A stretch of DNA of 64,000 nt, from NCBI GenBank assembly GCA_965644295.1, contig CBFFRP010000058.1, positions 239,561 to 303,560 of the forward strand, given 5' to 3'. Source of the stretch: Paraphysomonas bandaiensis (Eukaryota > Protista > Chrysophyceae). Below the pieces are notes generated by a model, which ran no database searches, was not told where the DNA came from, and saw only the letters and a list, made by a program, of their open reading frames with translations. Position numbers and translations under genes: made by a program. Of this stretch, positions 27,901 through 37,693 are shown one piece after another. How positions within the stretch are numbered: the first letter of the stretch is position 1; the number at the start of each line of letters is the position of its first letter.

Positions 27901-30900
27901 CAGTGGGCTGCCCGGATGGTTCACCTGTTGGCTCACCAGTGGGCTGACCAGAAGGCTGACTTGTTGGTTGGCGTGTTGGTTCACCAGAGGGTAAACCCGT
28001 GGGATATCCTGTGGGCGAACCAGTGGGCTGGCTAGTGGGCAGCCCGGACGGCTGACCTGAAGGTTCACCAGTAGGTTGACATGTAGGTTCACCAGAGGGT
28101 AAACCCGTGGGAAATCCAGTGGGCTGCCCGGATGGTTCACCTGTTGGCTCACCAGTGGGCTGACCAGAAGGCTGACTTGTTGGTTGGCATGTTGGTTCAC
28201 CAGAGGGTAAACCCGTGGGATATCCTGTCGGCGAACCAGTGGGCTGGCTAGTGGGCTGGCTAGTGGGCTGACCAGAAGGTTCACCTGTAGGCTGACTTGT
28301 TGGTTCACCAGAGGGTAAACCCGTGGGATATCCAGTGGGCTGCCCGGATGGTTCACCTGTTGGCTCACCAGTGGGCTGACCAGAAGGCTGACTTGTTGGT
28401 TGGCGTGTTGGTTCACCAGAGGGTAAACCCGTGGGATTTCCTGTGGGCGAACTCGTGGGTTGACTTGTAGGTTGACCTGTTGGCTCACCGGTAGGCTGAC
28501 TTGTTGGTTGACTTGTTGGTTCACCAGAGGGTATACCCGTGGGATATCCAGTGGGCGCACTAGTGGGCTGGCTAGTGGGCAGACCGGTAGGCTGACTTGT
28601 TGGTTCACCAGAGGGTAAACCCGTGGGATATCCTGTCGGCGAACCAGTGGGCTGGCTAGTGGGCAGCCCAGACGGCTGACCTGAAGGTTCACCAGTAGGC
28701 TGACTTGTTGGTTCACCAGAGGGTAAACCCGTGGGAAATCCAGTGGGCTGCCCAGATGGTTCACCTGTTGGCTCACTAGTAGGCTCACTTGTTGGTTGGC
28801 CCGTTGGTTCACCAGAGGGTAAACCCGTGGGATATCCTGTGGGCGAACCAGTGGGCTGGCTAGTGGGCAGCCCGGATGGCTGACCTGTAGGTTCACCAGT
28901 AGGTTGACCTGACGGCTGACTTGTCGGCACACTACTGGGACATCCCGTAGGTTCGCCAGATGGCTGAGAAGTAGGAAGTCCTGTTGGTTGACCCGTAGGC
29001 TGAGTAGGCTGACTTGTTGGTTCACCAGAGGGTAAACCCGTGGGATATCCAGTGGGCTGTCCGGATGGTTCACCTGTAGGCTCACCAGTAGGTTTACCAG
29101 TAGGCTGGCTAGTGGGCAGCCCGGATGGCTGACCTGTAGGTTCACCAGTAGGTTGACCCGACGGCTCACTTGTTGGCACACTACTGGGACATCCCGTAGG
29201 TTCGCCAGATGGCTGAGAAGTAGGAAGTCCTGTTGGTTGACCCGTAGGCTGAGTAGGCTGACTTGTTGGTTCACCAGAGGGTAAACCCGTGGGATATCCA
29301 GTGGGCTGTCCGGATGGTTCACCTGTAGGTTCACCAGTAGGCTTACCAGTAGGCTGGCTAGTGGGCAGCCCAGATGGCTGACCTGTAGGTTCACCAGTAG
29401 GCTTACCAGTAGGCTGGCCCGTTGGTTCACCAGAGGGTAAACCCGTGGGATATCCAGTAGGCTGACCCGTAGGCTGAGTAGGCTGACCTGTTGGTTGACC
29501 CGAAGGCTGACCTGAAGGTTTACTAGAGGGTGAGCCAGTGGGATATCCAGTAGGCTGACCCGTAGGCTGAGTAGGCTGACTTGTTGGTTCACTAGAGGGT
29601 GAGCCAGTGGGATATCCAGTAGGCTGACCCGTAGGCTGAGTAGGCTGACCTGTTGGTTCACCCGTAGGCTGAGTAGGTTGACCTGTTGGTAGAGCAGTCG
29701 GTTCAACCGTAGGTTGTCCCGAAGGATCAGGAAGTGTGCATGCGTCAGTATTGCTGGTTAGCCAGAACGTTGTCAATGAAGATATGCTACAAAGTTCCGA
29801 TGGAAATGACCCGTTCATACTGTTGCCTTCCAGTCGTAATACCCTGAGGTCTGTTAAGGCGGTCAATTCACTGGGAAGTGCCCCGGAAAGTGAATTGTCC
29901 TGCAGTAGTAGCTCTTCCAATTTAGAAAGATCTCCCAGATACGAGGGTACTGCCCCACCAAGAGAATTACCACTCATTTCCAGAACAACTAGTTTCGAGA
30001 GGCTGCCCATTGATGACGGTAAGGAGCCAGTTAATAAGTTCGCCATAAGCTTTAACTCAGATAGTTTAGATACGGAATCAAATATATCCGGTACACTTCC
30101 GTGCAAGGAATTTTCCATCAGAGAAAGTACACTCAATTTAGTCAACGATGCAAAGTGCGTTGGTATTGAGCCCGTGAACAAATTATCTTCTAGCGCCAAA
30201 AGCGTCAAATCCGTCCAGCTGCCTATATACGTCGGTAACGTGCCACTAAAAGAATTCCATTTCGCCGAAAAAGTTTCCAAATTTAATGTACTTAATGATA
30301 CCGGCAAATTGCCAGTAAACGAATTTTTGTCCAGATAAAGTTTGGTAAGTTGAGACATACTGGAAAACATATCTGGCAAACTCGAATCGAGCAAATTTTG
30401 GTGAACTTGAATTTGTTTGAGTAGACTTAAGCAACCAATGGTACTGGGAAGTGTTCCACTAAATGAGTTGTATTTTAGGAATAAGAAGCTCAACTCTGTA
30501 AGAGAGCCTATATTGGATGGCAAAGTACCAGAGATACCGTAGTTAGAAAGATCAATTTTTGTAATGACACCGTTTGTGCAGAATATACCATTCCAGTTAT
30601 TGCATTTATTAGCTGTTTTAGAACAGCCCCACTGTGCTCCTGCTTTAGTTTCAACATTTGACGCAGATATCAGATCACATAAGAAAGTGTCCTCAAGACT
30701 ACTATACGTTGCTGTCCCTACAAAATAGTAATAATAAACATGAGATGAAATCATATATATATACATGTATATACATGTATATAAGATATCTATTGACTCT
30801 TACTATACATAATCATATGCAGTACAATGAAACATATACTGTTAAGTACCTGTCTGCAAGGTATATATTACAAGTAGAACAAACAACGATGTTATCCAAG

Positions 30901-30907
30901 AATTCAT
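18960..30907 (-). CDS. Giant membrane receptor/adhesin: signal peptide, LRRNT + extracellular LRRs, ~1170-aa P(T/S)xx stalk, REJ/PKD-like, EGF-like, GPS-like, multi-TM C-terminus
   Basis: Exon 1 (30907-30850) gives MNSWITSLFVLLVIYTLQT; CNNWNGIFC cap and LxxLxLxxNxxxGxLP repeats; PTGQ/PSGE tetrapeptides; LDASES..LSYSWSC, VNSPPSAGAFAVSPPNGTAMGTMF (REJ); CECIEGFSGELC (EGF); CSVQSFTAASIICSC (GPS-like). Several short 3' exons encode hydrophobic helices. Confidence 0.88.
26190..29720 (-). repeat. Coding 12-bp (tetrapeptide) tandem repeat with higher-order units
   Basis: Near-identical blocks recur at 216-bp spacing (27925/28141/28357) and ~249-bp spacing (28921/29170). Confidence 0.95.
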
Positions 30908-31810
30908 TGATATCAAATGCATCAACTACTTCAGTAACATTCAACTATATCATACTTGATACTTTATAGTAAACTTATAGTGATAAACTCATACATGCAT
31001 TAATTTGATGTTAGTAATATGCATTCTAGACATATCGATCATTCGAATACCACACACTCATGTTGCATGCATTGCATGCATGCTGCTGTATGGGACAAAT
31101 AAGACCAACGAAAAGAGATTTCCTAAATTGGACAAATACAAAAAAAAAACTACACACACACTACTGTACATACTGTACATGGGGTGGTTGTGCAAATCGA
31201 TTTCATCGATTTGTTCATCGATTTGGTCATCGTTTTTTTCAGTGAAAAGTTCGATGAAATGCGAGTTTCAAAAAAGGTGGTTGTGCAAACTGTTTTGATG
31301 ACCGGACTGATGATTTTTTTGATGATAAAGCTCTTCACTTCATCAAAACATTCGAAATTGATCATTTTGATGAAGTGAAGTGTCATATATGCAACTGAAC
31401 ATGACGTTCTTTAATTTGGACACTGCTTTATTCATTGGGTCATACTTGTCTGAGGTCTACCTGAATTCATCGAAATCATTGAATTTGATAGGTTCAAATC
31501 TCAGCTCAAAGTATGTCAATTTTGTGTCTGTAAAGAAGTCATTATCCATAACTAGTTATGAGAAATCTTGACATTAGTGGGTATTTCTGTACTCTTTGGG
31601 AGTTTCTTGATCTATCCCCCACCGATTTCACCGAAAGTACTGCACACTTGTCTCAAGGGTGCACAGCCTAATAGTCCAATTTTGGAAAATCACGTCGTGG
31701 CACTGCACGTAATCAAGGACAAAAGCTTATATGTAAGTATTCTGTATGTATTATCTCTTTCTTTAGGCCTTATTTAATGCACTACATGTAGACATCATCG
31801 AAATTACTAT

Positions 31811-33129
31811 ATGAGAGTGGAACGGAGACCAGCTAAATATACTTCGAAACGTCGTCGCCATGAGTCGATTACTAGACTGGAAATGCAACAATTAAGTTGG
31901 TATACCAATTCAGCCGCGTTATTTTTGATCATGTCAGTTACCTCACAATCAGAAAGGGACCAATTCTTGTTCTCTGTACTATTCCTCTGCTGCTACATGA
32001 AGAGGGAAAACCTGCGGTGGGTTGACCACTTCCCATTGCAAGCGGTTCCACAGAAGTTATACACAATCAATTCATTTGACGATAATGATTGCTACAGACT
32101 CTTGAGATTTCGAAAGGGTCAGCTACGAAAACTGTTTACGGGGCTTGGTGTTTATAATCTTCCGGAGTGGGTGGTGATTGATGAAAGCTCACGCAACATT
32201 TATCATCGTGAAATGGCGTTTTTGGTCTTGTTATTTCGTTATGCTACTGCCGGTACGTTTTTCAAAATGTTCCTTGATGGCTGGGGAGATGAGTCCGTGG
32301 TATGTCGTGCATTCAACTTTGCTTCCTACTACCTGCATGAGCAACGTGGGCATCTAGTCCGTAATGATCTGCGTAGAGCATCTGCTAGATTTCCTGAATT
32401 CAACAATGCCATTCGGCGCCGAGTGATTAATAAAATTGGAAACGACCAACCGCTCCCACGCGATGCAGTTTGCATGGCACTCCTCATGGATGGCACTAGA
32501 CGAGATATCGCGGAGCCAGTGGATATTGATATCGAAGCGAGCTCATATTGTGGTTATTCAGGCACCCACTGTGTAGGCTACCTCTCGTTAGTAGATCCTA
32601 CTGGTATGTGTGATAGATATGTTGACTACATATATAATTCCAACAAAATTTAGGTATATGCTGCTATACTGCAGGGCCGCTACCTGGTCGAGATCCGGAT
32701 CATGTGTACGTCCGAGATTGTGGCGTTAATGGCGACCTCTGCAATGCACAATTGGGCCAGCCGATACAGTATTGGGCGTATGGAGACCGATTATTTAATG
32801 ATGATTCTCACATTCGAGCTGCCCCGAGAAGTAGCAGGTGGTATGTCGTTCCCGCAGCATTACAAGAGGAGCATAGACCCCTTCGCAGCGTACGGTGTGC
32901 AATAGAAATTTTCTTTGGCATGATCATCGTTTTATGGAAATTTGCTGACTACAATGACGCCGCGAAAGTAATACTTTGCCCTGTAGGTAGACATTATTTG
33001 AATTTAGTGTTGCTAACGAATTGCGATGTTGCTCTTAACGGTAGCGATATTGCCCAGATGTTTGATTTGTCACCACCAACATTGCAAGATTATTTATCGT
33101 TTGAATGGAATGATGACATCAATAGGTGA
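31811..33129 (+). CDS. Harbinger DDE transposase (DDE_Tnp_4-like), ~422 aa, one intron 32604-32653
   Basis: CYRLLRFRKGQL, catalytic MDGT, AGPLPGRDPD, YGDRLF, RCAIEIFFG; splicing restores a single frame. Confidence 0.9.
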
Positions 33130-33560
33130 ATTAGTTTTGTCACACCTGATCGCATAGTAGAGTAGCTGATAGTAGTATTGGCGAAGAATATGTCATTTCG
33201 CATTTGGTCTATTATTGCATGATATTAACTTTGGATCCTTTGAGTGTAGCTGCCTGTCATTAATTACTTAGCTGATGTGAAAAACTATTTTATAATAATG
33301 TCTTGGTTAATTAACAATATACTGACACTAGTCCTCAATGTGATGATAAAATGAGGTAAAGTGATTTTACCAGGTTCGGATAAAAGATACTAAAAGTAAC
33401 ATTGCTGTATATATAAATCAAGTAAGTACAGAAAAAACGCTAATTTAATTAAAATTGCTATAAGAGTTAAATTTCCACAGAAATAGCAGTATAAGCTACA
33501 ACTACCTCCTCATGAGAAGATTCTCGTTAATTTGAGAGTAGTCTTGAGCAGATATAACAA

Positions 33561-34728
33561 CTAGAAATATTCATCCATTATACGCTTTCTTTGAGTCTCG
33601 TACTCACTCTTTGTCATCTTCAGATCAGTATTTTCAAAAGCTTCATCCAGGCGCTGTAGTCTCTCAAATAAGGTCGGCTTCTGTTCACATGAAGCAGGGA
33701 CTGCTGCCATACTTGAGGCACTTATTCGCTCCATCGAAAACTTAATGGCTTCATTGAGTTGGTCTGCAGACGACTTTATAACGTCGATGTCTTGTGACGA
33801 AGACGCTGCTGACGATGACATAGCCACAGCATCAGACCCTTTCTTATTAGCTGCTTTGTCTCGTCTGGACTGTCGCTTTCCATATAAATCTTCATATTCT
33901 TGTTTCTTTTTCTTCGATCTACTTGGTGCCGTTTCTTGAAAAAGTTGAAATTCTCTTTCCCTTTTTTCAGCGCGCTCTCGAGCTTTTGCCATTCTATTTG
34001 GGGTGTAATAATTGGAACCATCAACAATTGCATCGTAACTCTCTTCATACTGTGTTCTACCGGTATCATTAATACTACTTTCTGATGAAGGATGCATGTA
34101 GGAAGTCATAGCTGCTTCTTTCAGCCTGCTATCACCTGCTGATTTGGAAGCTCTTTCGTATTCCGCTCTGGCCAGCCGAATATTCTACAGTACCAATCAG
34201 TCGTCATATATATATACATATCAAGTATTAACTTACCCTATACTGCTGCTTGGTATAATCCCTCTCATCGGGTTTATCATCTTCCGTCATCAAAGTGAAT
34301 GGTTCCCTTGATTCGTCGCTCACCAAGTTGCCAATGCTTTTGTAAAATAATCGAAGGAATTCCTCATGATCCGACTGTGAAAGACATCTGAGGGTTCGTC
34401 CCGATATGGAGAGATCTTCTTTCAGTTCAACGTGGAATTCCATGTTTTCTTTATACTTCTCCATGAACTCGCAAACCTTCGCCATTTTCTTCTGAAGTTC
34501 GGGAACCTTCAGGTGTTGTAAACATTCGAGTTTGGAGCTTTGACTCCATTTTTCTACAAGAGATTGTCGTTTACTGGTTATATCAACTACGAAGTTCCAC
34601 GGCCTTTCGTAACGAGGCAAACTCAATAAGCAATTTAGGAATGTGATCCAGGAATGATAGTTCCAGACCATTTTGGGAGGAGGTTCATTCGTTGGTACAA
34701 CATCTAGTGCTTCCTGAGAATCTGCCAT
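33561..34728 (-). CDS. Harbinger accessory protein (probable Myb/SANT/trihelix-like N-terminus), ~371 aa, intron 34185-34236
   Basis: Spliced frame is open; spaced Trp residues (VWNY..PWNF..EKW); lies inside the TIRs, convergent with the transposase as expected for Harbinger. Confidence 0.75.
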
Positions 34729-35023
34729 GTTATTGTGGTGCCACTCTGTTTAAAATTATTGACTTATAATGAATTTGATATGCAATATTGTTGCAATTTA
34801 ATAGAAAGATATTAAGTGTTGGACTGACATCCATATCTTGTTGCATAAATATTTTGATGACTTTTTCGATGAAATCATTTCTATAAAATGGATTTTGCAC
34901 AACGTATTTTACATTTTTTACCAGATTGTTCATCGATTTGGTCATCGAACTTTTCACTGAAAAAAACGATGATCAAATTGATGAACAAATCGATAAAATC
35001 GACATGCACAACCACCCCCATAT

Positions 35024-35160
35024 TGTGGCATGAAACCCTGCATTTTTGTATAAACCTCGGGTTTTAGCTTGATCTCCAAGTTTCAGTCTATAACTCTTCA
35101 GGATCGTGTTTGTAGTCCTTTGGCAGCAGTTTCATTATGCTGCTGGCGTCTATATACGAA
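35024..35160 (+). mobile_element. LTR fragment related to the Gypsy LTR at 61723
   Basis: Both begin TGTGGCATGAAACCC and share AAACC..GGGTTTT, CTTCAGGATCGTG, GGCAG and GTCTATA. Confidence 0.7.
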
Positions 35161-35556
35161 CGCACTTGGCTGGAGCTTGACAGCAGTGCTTATCTAGAAA
35201 CATTATAAGGAACAATCTTCCTAGCATGATATTTCTTCCTAAAAATATTGCTGGAAAAAGCTTCTGATAGATCTAAGAACATTTTCGGCGACATTTTGCC
35301 AGCACTATTATAAGTTTCATTTTTCACAGCAAATTACTCCGTTATACTTATACAGTTTGAAGAGAATGTGTTGGCCAACTCATAGTACATCTCATAGTTT
35401 AACAACCATTATGATACACTGAAGTCAGTCATAATTAACACCTCATGAGATGGGGAATAAATATACCACTCGATATGGAGTTGGAGTGTATCATTGGAGA
35501 GCACATGAACTTGTATGAATAGTAAGGATACCTTTGAAGATCTCTCTGATGAACAG

Positions 35557-35575
35557 ACATACATACATACATACA

Positions 35576-35607
<32 letters not shown>

Positions 35608-35711
35608 CATACATACATACATACATACATACATACATACATACATACATACATACATACATACATACATACATACATACATACATACATACATACATAC
35701 ATACATACATA
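35557..35711. repeat. (CATA)n microsatellite
   Basis: Direct tetranucleotide array. Confidence 0.97.
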
Positions 35712-35842
35712 CAGGGATGGTTGCATATCGATTTTATTATTATTTCAATGAAAAGTCATCGTTTTTTCATTAAAAAGTCACTTTTTTCACTTTTTCACTG
35801 AAAAAGATGACTTTTCAATGAAATAATTGATATCCACTCCTG
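35712..35842. mobile_element. ~130-bp palindromic MITE
   Basis: CAGGGATGG..ATTTCAATGAAAAGTCATC at the left and GATGACTTTTCAATGAAAT..CCACTCCTG at the right form an inverted pair; flanked by TA on both sides. Confidence 0.75.
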
Positions 35843-36115
35843 TACACTACACTACATAAATACAAGAATCGAATACTGAGCCAATGCTTTCCTGATTCTC
35901 AATGATGATTGGTCTAGCGCTCAGTCTCGTTTAGATGAGCAGCAGTTCATGGAGCGTATACGGCAGACTCCATACATTAATATGTAGAGTATGAAGAGTA
36001 TGAAGCAGAAGAATTCTTCAAGAATATTCATAAATATCGTCACTCCTTCGCAGAGACTTTGGATTTAGTGACTGTGTGGCTGTCAGACGCGCAAACTCAT
36101 CGACATTCGTTTTAG

Positions 36116-37190
36116 TTAAGCTTGTTCTCTCTTTGTTGGTTGTTGTAGTTCGTCACTTTTCTGTTTAGTACTGAACTGCATAGCTGGTGAGTTGTGTTTT
36201 AGTTTCTTGGAGTGCCGAGAAGCATTTGGTACTGCAGAAGTAGTATAAGTTGATAATGAGCAGCGTTCTCTCAATTTGAGCAAGTTTTCGCTTATGTAGA
36301 GTTTGGCTCTCAGGTCCCAACCTGAGATCCATTGCACAGTACATAGAACACATTTTTCGACTTGCATTGTCTGGCTTTGAGACTAAGCTCTCCACAGATA
36401 TGAGAACCAGTATAATCCTTTGATTCATATTCATACTTTATCGAATCAAATGTAGTTCTCGCTTTAGGTATCATTGCTACCGACATCCATAAATCATACA
36501 ATTCCTCTATCTGTAGCGCTGACTTTATCTTTGCTAATTTACTTGCCACTGTGTGCGGTTGCCCCAACTTTGTGTGCTTCTGGGTTATACCGTTCAGTCG
36601 ATCTACTCCAACAGACACCTTGTCCCCTGGCCTTATTTTGAACGAATAATATTCAGCCGTAGTCTTCTCCATTACAGTCCCAATCGCGCCCCTGAGCCTA
36701 TCAACCAATGTCCGTAGGAGCTCACTGGATAACACCTCCTTAGCAGGATCATCAGCAGGTAAGATTGCCTTCCCCTCCAAAAATTGATTGGCTACCTCTA
36801 AAACATCAGGGTCATGCTCGCAAGCCTCCCAAATGGTACTAACACAGGTATCATTTTGCTCTCTCTATGGCTTCAAACTCCTTCCTCCGGCTGGCTGGTC
36901 CTCCAAGCCAAGATGTTTCCTATTTTTCTTCATCAGATGCATCTTGATTTTTCTCCCCGAATACTACCACTGGTACATGTCAAACCGTAGCTACTTATCA
37001 TCTTCCCCGCCCCTAGAACTATCACGCGCTACCATAACAAAAGTTGACATTATTAGCTAAGGTTTGTTGTTCTCAATTGATACGATTGATCTCAACAGTA
37101 ATAATGCTGTAGCTAGTTGATTTCTGTAGGTAGCTAGCTAATAACGTATGACTTAAGTAGCTAAGTATTAGTTCGGCCCCCACCCGGCTC
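36116..37190 (-). pseudogene. Decayed Ty1/Copia gag region
   Basis: The frame from 37050 reads ..LRFDMYQW*YSGRKIKMHL.. then YYSFKIRPGDKVSVGVDRLNGI (Copia gag-like), with three in-frame TAG stops and later frameshifts. Confidence 0.6.
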
Positions 37191-37319
37191 TACTACCTAA
37201 GTACGCGCTCAGAATAGAGCAATAGCTACTTGCGATGAACATCAACAAGCTACAAGTACATATGTAGGAGTAAGTTGAAGTGAATCCGTATTAACTCACT
37301 CCCCACATAGCAATTTCCC

Positions 37320-37465
37320 GTATTGGCAGTCAGCATCTTATTTTCCGGGATTAAATTGAAGCCGAAATCCTCTATATAACTTCAATACAACTACGGCTGG
37401 AATACAGATAATTGTTGTCTCAATATTAGAGGCGCCTTTGAACAAAAATATACAAAGGATGCCGA
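37320..37465 (-). repeat. Dispersed ~145-bp repeat, copy 3 (inverted)
   Basis: Reverse complement of copy 1 (GTATTGGCAGTCAGCATC..CAAAGGATGCCGA). Confidence 0.9.
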
Positions 37466-37693
37466 TTCGACGTATTCTCTAACTCTGCGCTGACAAGAAG
37501 AAAGAATGAAGGGTCTATATACTTACTAAGATACTTAATAGCTTCTCGTTATTAACTATCGCACGCTCACTCAAGATATGAATGGCTTTATTTTGTTCTA
37601 GTCACCAACCAACCACAATTCCAATTAACTATCAGCCACAATTCTACAAATAATTACTAAGGATAATCATATCCAATCATCAATCAACATGTA

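Larger units (their letters stand above)
31181..35018 (+). mobile_element. PIF/Harbinger DNA transposon, apparently intact and autonomous
   Basis: 77-bp TIRs (GGGGTGGTTGTGCA..; 31181-31257 and 34942-35018; 5 mismatches by eye), flanked by a CAT duplication (31178-31180, 35019-35021); two convergent intact genes inside. Confidence 0.92.

Noticed and set aside
26185-29706. 1173-aa overlapping ORF in a second minus-strand frame
   Set aside because: Coincides exactly with the tetrapeptide repeat, whose codon usage avoids stops in that frame; no independent coding signal.
36780-37050. Three in-frame TAG codons in the gag-like frame, hinting at stop-codon reassignment
   Set aside because: Intact genes here terminate at TAG (ABHD, patatin, GPCR-PIPK, EF-hand) and lack internal TAGs; simple pseudogene decay explains it.
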